Assembly (NCBI GenBank): GCA_050692175.1 | Contig: JBOGTG010000034.1 | Coordinates: forward strand, 965 to 64,964 | Length of the DNA: 64,000 nucleotides | Direction: 5' to 3' | DNA from: Candidatus Limnocylindria bacterium | GTDB taxonomy: Bacteria; Chloroflexota; Limnocylindria; P2-11E | Part shown: one piece after another, positions 52,398-64,000 of the stretch | Position numbering within the stretch: position 1 is the stretch's first letter | Layout: every line of letters starts with the position of its first letter | Notes under the pieces: model-generated | Told to the model about the DNA's origin: nothing | The model's input: the letters and a program-made list of their open reading frames with translations, nothing else | Databases searched by the model: none | Translations under genes and position numbers: made by a program

Positions 52398-54784
52398 GCC
52401 GGCGGCTTCGGGAGCTTTTGCGCGCGGTCGAGCGAAGGACCGAGGAGGTCGCCCACGGCCTCGAGGCGCGCGGACATGTTGATCATCGTGAACGCGTCGG
52501 GCCGACCCAGGGACGCGATCTCCTCCCACCGGAGCGGCGCGGACACCGGAGCGCGGCGGATCGGGCGAACGCTGTACGGACCCGCCGTCGACTTGGCGCG
52601 CGTGTTCTGCAGGTAGTCGATGTAGATCCCGCGGCGCTTCGCTTTGCTGAACTCGAGGGTGACGAGCTTCGGCAGCTTCTCCCTGGTGAGCTGACCGACA
52701 CGAAGAGCGAATGCCCGGCTCTCGTCGAACGTGTATCGCCGTGCGATGGGGACGAGCACGTGGATGCCGCGTGAGCCGGTCGTCTTCGGGAAACCGACGA
52801 GTCCGAGATCGTCGAGCACTTCCTTCACGGCGCGCGCGACCTCCTTCACGTCGTCCCAGGTCGCGCCCTCGGCCGGGTCGAGATCGATCATGACGTTGTC
52901 CGGCTTCTCGGGTTCGTCGACGCGCGCGAGCCGCGGATGGATCTCTATCGCCGTGTAGTTCGCCATCCAGACGAGCGTCGCCATGTCGTTCGCGAGGACG
53001 TACGCGTTCAGAGGCTCGCGCGGGTCGGTCCAGCTCTTGATCCACTCGGGCGTGAACCCGGGCTTGTTCTTCTGATAGAAGTGCGTGCCGTGGATGCCGT
53101 CCGGGAACGGCTTCAGGGTGAGCGGCCGGTCGCGAAGCCACGGCACCAGGTACGGCGAGACCTCTGTGTAATAGCGGATGAGGTCCGCCTTGGTGTAGCC
53201 ATCCTCGGGAAAGAGGACCTTCTCGAGGTTCGTCAGCTTGATGCGCTGTCCGTCAACCTCGAGGACGGAGGGAACGCGAGCGGCACGCTCGCCGTTCTCC
53301 GACGGGGCAGGCGCGATCGTCGCGCGCTTGGCGGCTTCTTGAGCTTTGCGGGCGGACTCGCGGCGCTCCTCCCCCGTGGAGTCCCGCGGGTTGACATCCG
53401 GACGAAGGCCGCGAAAGGTCGGGTGCCGGAGGGTCCCGTCCCGGGTGATCTCCGCGTACTCGACCTCGCAGACCAGTTCGGGCAGGCACCACCGCGCGGG
53501 TTGATTCGTTCGCGGCTGCGTGGCGAACGGTGACGTCGGTGACTCGTGCTCTTCCAGGATTCTCAGAAGGTCGCGGAGTGTCCGCTCGTCGAACCCCGTC
53601 CCGACGTGCCCAACCGGCTGCAGCTTGCCTTCGCGATACACGCCGAGCAGGAGGGCACCCAAGGTCTTAGTGCGACCGCCCTGTCCCGCCGTCCATCCGC
53701 CGATCACGCACTCCATCGTGCGGAACGCCTTGATCTTCACCCACGCCGGCGACCGCGCGCCCGGGAGATAGATCGAATCGAGACGCTTTGCGACGATCCC
53801 TTCCAAGCCCTGCTCGCGAGCCGCTTCGAACAGCGCGATCCCGGTCCCGGGGAACCCTTCGCTGCGCCGGATGGAGCCCATCGGGGTCAGCGCTTCGTCG
53901 AGCCGCCGTAGGCGCTCGCGAAGCGGCTTTCGGGTAAGGTCCTCGCCGTCCGCGTAGAGGATGTCGAAGACCTGATAGATCACCGGCGTCGAACGGCGCA
54001 GCTTGCGCACGGTGCTCTCGTCGCTCACGTGCATGCGCGGTTGCAGCCGCTGGAAGCGCGGCACGCCCTTCTCGTCCAGCGCCACGATCTCGCCGTCGAG
54101 GATGGCCTGGTACGCGCCGGTCAGCGCTTCGGCCGCCTGCGTCGCCTCGGGGTATTGCTTGGTGCAGTCGAGAAGGTTGCGCGTCTGAAGGCGGACTTCT
54201 CCGCCGTCGACGAACGCGACCGTGCGCACTCCGTCCCATTTCGGTTCGTACGTGAATTCCGGCGAGTCGAAGGGCTCGTCCGCGGAGGCGGAGAGCATCG
54301 GGGCGATCTTCCCGAGGAGCGGATCGTTCTTCGGCGGAGTGCCGTGCTTGATCATGAGCCAGTCGCGACCCTCGTTCTGCTTCGTCTGCACGAGGACCCA
54401 CTCACCATCGAGGCGTTTGCCCTTCATGCGGATCTTCAGCTCGTTGTCTTTCTCCTCGAGGAGCTCGTATGTGCCGGTGTCCCAGATGGTCATCGAGCCG
54501 GCGCCGTAGCCATCGGGGATCACGCCGTGGAACGTGAGGTACTCGATCGGGTGGTCCTCGGTGTGCACGGCGAGGCGCCTCTTCCCCGCTTCGAGCGGCG
54601 GGCCGTTCGGCACCGCCCACGACGCGAGGATGCCGCGCATCTCGAGCCGAACGTCCCAGTGAAGCCGCGTCGCGTGGTGCCGATGGACCACGTAGCGGCG
54701 CGTCTCTTCGCCTTTCGGCAGCTTGCCCTTCGGCTCCGGCGTGCGGCGGAAGTCGCGTTTGCGCTGGTACTCGGTGAGGCTCAA
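52394..54784 (-). CDS. ligD: Multidomain NHEJ DNA ligase LigD (phosphoesterase - ligase - polymerase/primase)
   Basis: 796 aa. PE domain YVVHRHHATRLHWDVRLE; ligase motif I YEPKWDGVR; Pol domain TNLEKVLFP...IDLDP...TTGSRGIHV. Confidence 0.93.
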   Translation of the reverse strand: MSLTEYQRKRDFRRTPEPKGKLPKGEETRRYVVHRHHATRLHWDVRLEMRGILASWAVPNGPPLEAGKRRLAVHTEDHPIEYLTFHGVIPDGYGAGSMTIWDTGTYELLEEKDNELKIRMKGKRLDGEWVLVQTKQNEGRDWLMIKHGTPPKNDPLLGKIAPMLSASADEPFDSPEFTYEPKWDGVRTVAFVDGGEVRLQTRNLLDCTKQYPEATQAAEALTGAYQAILDGEIVALDEKGVPRFQRLQPRMHVSDESTVRKLRRSTPVIYQVFDILYADGEDLTRKPLRERLRRLDEALTPMGSIRRSEGFPGTGIALFEAAREQGLEGIVAKRLDSIYLPGARSPAWVKIKAFRTMECVIGGWTAGQGGRTKTLGALLLGVYREGKLQPVGHVGTGFDERTLRDLLRILEEHESPTSPFATQPRTNQPARWCLPELVCEVEYAEITRDGTLRHPTFRGLRPDVNPRDSTGEERRESARKAQEAAKRATIAPAPSENGERAARVPSVLEVDGQRIKLTNLEKVLFPEDGYTKADLIRYYTEVSPYLVPWLRDRPLTLKPFPDGIHGTHFYQKNKPGFTPEWIKSWTDPREPLNAYVLANDMATLVWMANYTAIEIHPRLARVDEPEKPDNVMIDLDPAEGATWDDVKEVARAVKEVLDDLGLVGFPKTTGSRGIHVLVPIARRYTFDESRAFALRVGQLTREKLPKLVTLEFSKAKRRGIYIDYLQNTRAKSTAGPYSVRPIRRAPVSAPLRWEEIASLGRPDAFTMINMSARLEAVGDLLGPSLDRAQKLPKPPA

Positions 54785-54822
54785 TCTGTGACCTTCGCCA
54801 TTGTCGGGGAGGTCGTCGCATC

Positions 54823-56454
54823 GTGACGTCCGCGCCGTTTTCGTCGCTGGTCAAGGCGTACCTCGATGACCGCTACGAGGAATCGCCGAGCTGGGCCAGC
54901 TCGCTCGGCCTCACCGCCTACGACGAGCGCTCCGAGGACCTCTCTGCGGAGGCGTTTCGCCGACGCGACACCGCTGTCCTCGAATGGACGAAGCGCTTTG
55001 GGGCCTTTCCCGACGATGCCCTCGACCAGGACGAGCGCATCGACCGTGACGCCGTACTCGCCTCGCTTCGGGGACGAGAGCTCACGCAGCCACGCCTCGA
55101 TTGGAAACGCCAGCCCAATACGTATCTGAACCCATCTCTGGGCGGCGTGTTCACGCTCTTTCTGCATCGCCTCAGGCCTGAACGCGACCTAGCCGACGCC
55201 GCGCGCGCGCGACTTCTCGCCGTGACCCGGCACATCGTCGATGGGAAGGCAAATGTGGATTTCGCGCTCGTCCCGCGTGTGTACGTCGACCGGGCGATCG
55301 GTCAAGCGAAGGCCGCGGCGCGGTACGCGCGTGAGCTCGTGCCGGCCGAGGTAACGGACATGGCATTGCGGCAGAAGGTCGGGGAGGCCGGCGCCACCGC
55401 CGCGGGGGCATACGAGGACTTCGCGGCCTTCCTCGAGTCGAACAAAGAGCGCGCGTCCGGCGACTACGCGATCGGCGAGGAGCTCTACTCGGCACTGCTG
55501 CGCGAGAAGGAGCTGCTGCCCTTCGAAACCCGTGAGCTCCGCGAGCGCGGCCGCGAGCAGTACGACCTCCTCTCGAACGAGGCGAATAAGATCGCGAGCC
55601 AGATCGACGGCGGCGGCGACTGGACGGCTGTCTGCGAGAAGCTCAACCGCGTTCACGCTCCGACGCCTGATGCGATGCGGGCGGAGTACGAGGAGTGGAC
55701 GGGGCGCGCGCGGTCGTTCCTCGTTGACACCGGGCTCGTCACGCTTCCGCCGGGCGAGCGCTGCACGGTGGAGCCATCGCCCCACTATCAGCGCCCGATC
55801 CAGGCGGTTGCGAGCTACAACCAGCCTCCCGCCTTCAGCGATTCGCTCCACGGCCATTTCTTCGTGCCCTATCCGCCCGACGGCACGCCGCCCGACGAGG
55901 TGCAGAAGCGACTCGAGGGCAACTGCAGCGCGGGCATCCCCACGACCGCGGTACACGAGGCCTACCCGGGCCATCACTGGCACCTCGTCATGGCGAAGCA
56001 AAACCGCTCCGACATCCGCCGGACGCACTTCACCTCCTACTTCGCGGAAGGGTGGGGTCTGTACGCGGAGCGCGTCATGCGCGAGCAGGGCTTCTTCACC
56101 GACCCGCGCCATCTCCTGTTCCAGTACGAGGCAACGCTCTTCCGCGCCGCGCGCATCGTCGTGGACACCTCGCTGCACATGAAGGAGATGACGTTCGATG
56201 AAGCCGTCGACTTCATGGTGAAGAACGGGAATCTCACGCCGCCCAACGCAAAGGCCGAGGTCGGCCGGTACTGCTCGTGGCCGACGCAAGCGTCGAGCTA
56301 CCTCACCGGGATGCTCGAGATAGTCGACATCCGCACGCGATGGCTCGCCAAGCGCCGATCGGCCGACCGCGCCGCTCTCCGAGCGTTCCACGACGCCATC
56401 ACGTCGACCGGCTCGATCCCGACGTCACTCGCGGAGCGGGCGATCGCGAACTAG
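54823..56454 (+). CDS. DUF885-family protein
   Basis: 543 aa. Contains the HEAYPGHHWH motif and overall DUF885-like length. Confidence 0.8.
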   Translation: MTSAPFSSLVKAYLDDRYEESPSWASSLGLTAYDERSEDLSAEAFRRRDTAVLEWTKRFGAFPDDALDQDERIDRDAVLASLRGRELTQPRLDWKRQPNTYLNPSLGGVFTLFLHRLRPERDLADAARARLLAVTRHIVDGKANVDFALVPRVYVDRAIGQAKAAARYARELVPAEVTDMALRQKVGEAGATAAGAYEDFAAFLESNKERASGDYAIGEELYSALLREKELLPFETRELRERGREQYDLLSNEANKIASQIDGGGDWTAVCEKLNRVHAPTPDAMRAEYEEWTGRARSFLVDTGLVTLPPGERCTVEPSPHYQRPIQAVASYNQPPAFSDSLHGHFFVPYPPDGTPPDEVQKRLEGNCSAGIPTTAVHEAYPGHHWHLVMAKQNRSDIRRTHFTSYFAEGWGLYAERVMREQGFFTDPRHLLFQYEATLFRAARIVVDTSLHMKEMTFDEAVDFMVKNGNLTPPNAKAEVGRYCSWPTQASSYLTGMLEIVDIRTRWLAKRRSADRAALRAFHDAITSTGSIPTSLAERAIAN

Positions 56455-56460
56455 CGACCG

Positions 56461-56883
56461 ATGGAACTGCCGGCATGGGCCCAGATACTCCTCGTCCTCT
56501 TCGCCGTCTGGACGATCGTCGTCGTGGTACTCGTCGTGGTCGGTCGAGTTCTCCTCGCGCGCGAGCTCGCTCTGCTCCTGCCGAATCTCATCCGGCTGTT
56601 CGGAGGCCTGCTCCGCGACCGACGCGTTCCGCTCCCCGCCAAGATCGTCGTCGTTATCGCGAGCATCTGGCTGGCGTCGCCGATCGACCTCATCCCCGAG
56701 TTCATCCCGATCATCGGCGCGTTCGATGACGCGATCGTCGCGGCCCTGGCCCTGCGCTTCGTCCTCAGCACAACCGAGGGGACCATCGTGCGCGAGCACT
56801 GGCACGGCGATCCGGCCACGCTCGACCGGCTGCTGCGGCTCGTCTCCGTGGGAGGCCGTGGGAGGCCGCGCGCGCTCCCTTGA
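56461..56883 (+). CDS. DUF1232 / YkvA-family membrane protein (second copy in the window)
   Basis: 140 aa with the PIDLIPEFIPIIGAFDD motif. Confidence 0.8.
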   Translation: MELPAWAQILLVLFAVWTIVVVVLVVVGRVLLARELALLLPNLIRLFGGLLRDRRVPLPAKIVVVIASIWLASPIDLIPEFIPIIGAFDDAIVAALALRFVLSTTEGTIVREHWHGDPATLDRLLRLVSVGGRGRPRALP

Positions 56884-56951
56884 CAGCTCGGTTACGATTC
56901 GCGCGGCGCAGCCGCGCGCAAAGGGGAAAGCGGCCGCTGAGGTGATGTGGC

Positions 56952-57794
56952 ATGCCGCGATCGATTTGGAAGGGCGTCATGAGCTTCGGGATGGTGGCCA
57001 TCCCGGTTCGGTTGTATCTGGCGACGGAGAGCTCGAGCAAAGTCTCTTTCAACCTGCTATGTCCCGAGCACAGGAGCCGCATCAAGAACAAGCGCTACTG
57101 CGTCGAGGGCGATCACGAGGTCGCCTGGGGCGACGTCGTACGCGGCTACGAATACGAGAAGGGCACCTACGTCGAGCTCACGGATGAGGACCTCGAGAAG
57201 CTCCCTCTCCGTTCGAGCAAGGCGATCGACATCTCGGGCTTCATCAAGGACGAGGAGCTCCCCGGCGCCCTCTATTACCAGTCGGCCTATTACCTCGAGC
57301 CCGAGAAGTCGGCGGAGAAGCCGTACGCGCTCCTCAACAAGACTCTCGCGAAGACGGGACGCGTCGCGATCGCGAAGTTCGCGCTGCGCGACCGGGAGCG
57401 GCTTGTCTCCGTCCGTCCACAGGACGGCGCCCTCCTCATGAACACGCTGCACTGGCCGGACGAGATCCGATCGACCGAGGATCTCGACATGCCGGGGGAC
57501 GTGAAGGTGTCGCCGGCCGAGCTGAAGATGGCCGAGAACCTCGTGAACATGATGGCCACCGACTTCGAGCCTGAGGAATACAAGGACGAGTACAAGCAGG
57601 CGGTCCTCAAGCTGGTCGACGCGAAGGTGCAGAAGAGAGAGATCATCGAGGCGACGGAGCCCGAGGCGGAGACCACGGTCGTCGATCTTATGTCGGCGCT
57701 CAAGGCGTCGGTTGAAAAGGCCAAGAAGGGCGAGGCGAAGACAAAGCGAGCGTCCGCGTCGTCGGCGCGGACAGCGCGAAAGAAGGCCTCTTAG
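56952..57794 (+). CDS. ku: Ku DNA end-binding protein
   Basis: 280 aa. Starts MPRSIWKGVMSFGMVAIPVRLY and has a Lys-rich C-terminal tail. Confidence 0.95.
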   Translation: MPRSIWKGVMSFGMVAIPVRLYLATESSSKVSFNLLCPEHRSRIKNKRYCVEGDHEVAWGDVVRGYEYEKGTYVELTDEDLEKLPLRSSKAIDISGFIKDEELPGALYYQSAYYLEPEKSAEKPYALLNKTLAKTGRVAIAKFALRDRERLVSVRPQDGALLMNTLHWPDEIRSTEDLDMPGDVKVSPAELKMAENLVNMMATDFEPEEYKDEYKQAVLKLVDAKVQKREIIEATEPEAETTVVDLMSALKASVEKAKKGEAKTKRASASSARTARKKAS

Positions 57795-57811
57795 GACCGT
57801 ATCCTCGGCTG

Positions 57812-61359
<3,548 letters not shown>

Positions 61360-61363
<4 letters not shown>

Positions 61364-62436
61364 CGGCGGGGCGCCTCGACGAGCAGCATGTCGCGCACGT
61401 CCGCGTTCGCCACGCCACAGAGGTCGAGGACACAGAGGGTCAACGCCGCCACGTCCGATTCCGCGCGTCCCGTCTTGATGACCTGGTCCGCCGCGTAGAT
61501 CGCCTCGTATGCACGAAGCACGTCCTGGCGCGTGACGCGGCGAGCGAATGCCGTCGCGCGCTGTATCGCAAAGGGGCTCGAGCGGATCGCCTTACCCATG
61601 CGCTCCGCGTCGGCGTTCGAGCGCATCGCAGAGGCGAACAGGAGCACCCGGAATTGCCAGAGGAGGAGAGCGAGGATCTGCTGCACCGCGTTGCCATCGG
61701 CCAGGAGCCGCTCGAGCGTCGCCACGGCGGTCCGCGAATCCTTCCGGACGACTGCCTGCGTGAGCTCGAAGACGTCGGCCTCGATCGCGCCGTTCACGAG
61801 CGTCCGAACATCGCCCGCGGTCACAGTCAAGTCTCCCGCGTAAGCGCCGAGCTTCTTGACTTCCTGCTCGATGCGCTCCGTGTCGCTCCCTGCCGCCGAT
61901 GCGAGTGTCGCCACCGCCTCCGCGTCCATCTTGACTCCGTGGAGGCGGGCGCGCTCTCTGATCCAGCCCTGGACATCCACCGGCGCCAGGCGCTCGATGC
62001 GCTCGACGGACCCGCCCACGGCCTCTACCGCTTCCAGCAGGTTCGCAGCGGGCGCATTCGGAGCCTTCTGCCGCTGACCGCGACGCGAGCGTCCGGCCGC
62101 CAGGCGTTCGACGGAGACGAGCACGAGCGCCGCTTCAGGCGGGAACGACGTGATCAGGTCCAGATCTCGGAGAGCCTCGGCGTGGTCGACGATCACGACG
62201 CGGGGCTCATCGACAGCATCGAATAAGCCCTGAGCCTGTCCCGACAGCATGATCGCGCCGGGCGTGTCGAACCGCGCGTCATGACGCGTGATCCCGAGAA
62301 GCGTCCCGAGTCGCGGCTCGACCTGCGTCGAAAGGTTTGCCCCTGTCACGGGCGTGCCCGCGAGGAGCGCCGCGGCGAGCTCACCGAGTCGAAGGCGCGT
62401 GCGGAACGAATCCTCTCCGTGGAGGAGGAAGACCAT
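61360..62436 (-). CDS. holA: DNA polymerase III delta subunit HolA (start uncertain)
   Basis: 358 aa from MVFLLHGEDSF, with delta-like C-terminal helices. It overlaps the comEC 3' end by 56 nt if this start is used. Confidence 0.78.
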
Positions 62437-64000
62437 TCGCGTGGGTGCGGACGACGAGCTGGGCATTGCCACCTTGATCGAGCTCCACCGTGCCGTCGCG
62501 GTCGGTGCGGTATGTGGGAACTCGGCCGAGCGCCGCGAGCGTCTCGGGCGTGGGATGACCATACCGGTTCTGCGCTCCGACGGAGATCACCGCCGCACTC
62601 GGGCGAACCGCATCGACGAGCGCCGACGCGTGCGCGCTCGCGGCACCGTGGTGGGGCGGAACGTAGACACGCGCGGCGAGCGACTCCGGACTCAGGAGGA
62701 GGTCGGCCTGCGCCTGTTCGGTCGCGTCACCCATGAACAGCATCGAGAACGTGCCGCGCTCGAGACGAAGCACGAGACAGGGAACGTCAACGCGCGGATC
62801 GCCGTTGGGGGCAAGGACGGCGAGCGCCGCGTCGGCGACGCGAATCCGCATACCCGCTGCGACGGCGCGGCGCGGTATCTGCGCCCGCGCAATGCGGTCG
62901 CTCCATGCGGTGGCGACCGGGCCAGCGTTGAGGCCGACCGGTTCGATCGCAAGCCCCACCTCGTACCGCTCGAGAACGCCGATGAGGCCGTCTGCGTGAT
63001 CCGCGTGCGCGTGCGTGAGCGCAACGACGTCGATGCGGCGGGTCCAGGGAGGCAGACTCGCCCCGAGCTCGGCGAGGAGCCGCTTCGGGTCGGGACCGCC
63101 GTCTATCAGGAGCGTTTGACCGTCGAACTCGACGAGGAAGGCGTCGCCCTGGCCGACATCGAGCGCGCGCACGCGTATCCCGGAGGGCTGCGGCCATGTG
63201 ACGGCGGCCGCGCTACCGACGACGAGAAAGACGACAAGGGCGGCGGCGCTCGCCCGGAGCGCGCGCCGCGCGAAGTCAGGCCCGCGGGCCAGTGGGATGC
63301 GCGGGGCGGGCGGCCATCGCACTCTCCCGCCGAGGGCCTGCGCCAGGCGCGACGCCGCCGCGGGGCCGGCGACAAGGGCGAGCGCGACCGTCGCGCCGAA
63401 CGCGAGACCGGCGAGCGGACCGTCGGGAACGGCGAGTGACGCGAGCGGCAGGGCGGCGGACGTCTCGACCACGAGTCGCAGCAGGTGGGCGAGCGCGTAG
63501 GCGAGCAGGGCAGGCAATCGCGCCAGATCGAGCGAGACCGTACCGAGCGCGGCCGTCGCTGCTCCGGCGAGCATGAGCGGTGGGAAGAGCGGCACAGCGA
63601 TGAGGTTCGATAGCGGCGAAACGAGCGAGACCCGGCCGAAGACCGCGGCGATGATCGGGATCGTTGGCAGCGTTGCCGCGAGTGTGGTAGCGAGCCCGTG
63701 GCGGATGGCACCCGGGAGAAACCCAAGACGCCGGGCGAGAGGATCTCCGAGGTAGAGCAGACCGCCGGTCGCGGTCGCAGAGAGCAGGAAACCGACATCG
63801 CCGATCGCCGAGGCGTCGATGCCGACCATCGTCGCCACCGCCAGCGCGAGCGCGTTGTCGGTCGCCGGTCGGCGCCCGAAGGCGAGCCCGAGCGAGGCCA
63901 CCACAGCCATGACAGCCGCGCGCGCCACGCTAGGCGCGAGTCCCACCAGGACGCTGTACGCGACGACGCACGCGACCGTCAGCGAAGCGGTGATCGCGGG
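62381..64000 (-). CDS. comEC: ComEC/Rec2 DNA internalisation protein (competence domain plus metallo-beta-lactamase domain), partial; N-terminus beyond the window edge
   Basis: Polytopic region, then VRALDVGQGDAFLV...THAHADHADG. The reading frame stays open to position 64000. Confidence 0.88.
   Translation of the reverse strand, partial: PAITASLTVACVVAYSVLVGLAPSVARAAVMAVVASLGLAFGRRPATDNALALAVATMVGIDASAIGDVGFLLSATATGGLLYLGDPLARRLGFLPGAIRHGLATTLAATLPTIPIIAAVFGRVSLVSPLSNLIAVPLFPPLMLAGAATAALGTVSLDLARLPALLAYALAHLLRLVVETSAALPLASLAVPDGPLAGLAFGATVALALVAGPAAASRLAQALGGRVRWPPAPRIPLARGPDFARRALRASAAALVVFLVVGSAAAVTWPQPSGIRVRALDVGQGDAFLVEFDGQTLLIDGGPDPKRLLAELGASLPPWTRRIDVVALTHAHADHADGLIGVLERYEVGLAIEPVGLNAGPVATAWSDRIARAQIPRRAVAAGMRIRVADAALAVLAPNGDPRVDVPCLVLRLERGTFSMLFMGDATEQAQADLLLSPESLAARVYVPPHHGAASAHASALVDAVRPSAAVISVGAQNRYGHPTPETLAALGRVPTYRTDRDGTVELDQGGNAQLVVRTHANGLPPPRRGFVPHAPSTR

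Overview
This is a high-GC (roughly two-thirds G+C by eye), densely coding bacterial chromosomal window. Many neighbouring genes overlap by 4 nt at stop/start (ATGA, GTGA, TTGA). All family calls come from reading the translated ORFs and the DNA by eye; no database search or folding program was run.

Contents, in order:
- A long minus-strand purine array: purA, then guaB-guaA-purD-purE-purB-purC-purS-purQ. It is split by a visibly lower-GC cluster encoding a TasA-like protein, a SipW-like signal peptidase and a large secreted protein.
- Two full-length, translationally coupled dnaB paralogs. They are preceded by a perfect GAAC-N4-GTTC LexA-type box and by DnaA-box-like 9-mers.
- An apparent SOS operon: lexA, two AlkZ/YcaQ-family glycosylase paralogs, dinB and an orphan ORF. 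It ends in a strong terminator followed by tRNA-Asp.
- A stress and cell-wall neighbourhood: HD protein, LuxR-type HTH, zinc-ribbon protein, KGG-repeat protein, RlpA-like protein, and a sortase-like protein with Ser in place of the catalytic Cys.
- A complex I cluster containing only nuoA-C-H-J-K-L-M-N.
- A radical-SAM-like gene followed by obg-nadD-rsfS, then tRNA-Ala.
- A two-component system.
- An NHEJ locus: ligD plus a coupled hydrolase, ku, and a second ligase.
- pyrG, transaldolase, holA and comEC.

A short hairpin-bearing intergenic repeat family with flanking duplications sits at the guaA/purD and nuoC/nuoH junctions.

The strongest leads are the tandem dnaB pair with SOS/DnaA-like sites, the lexA-glycosylase-glycosylase-dinB operon, the embedded TasA/SipW cluster, the cofactor-subunit-less nuo cluster and the repeat family.
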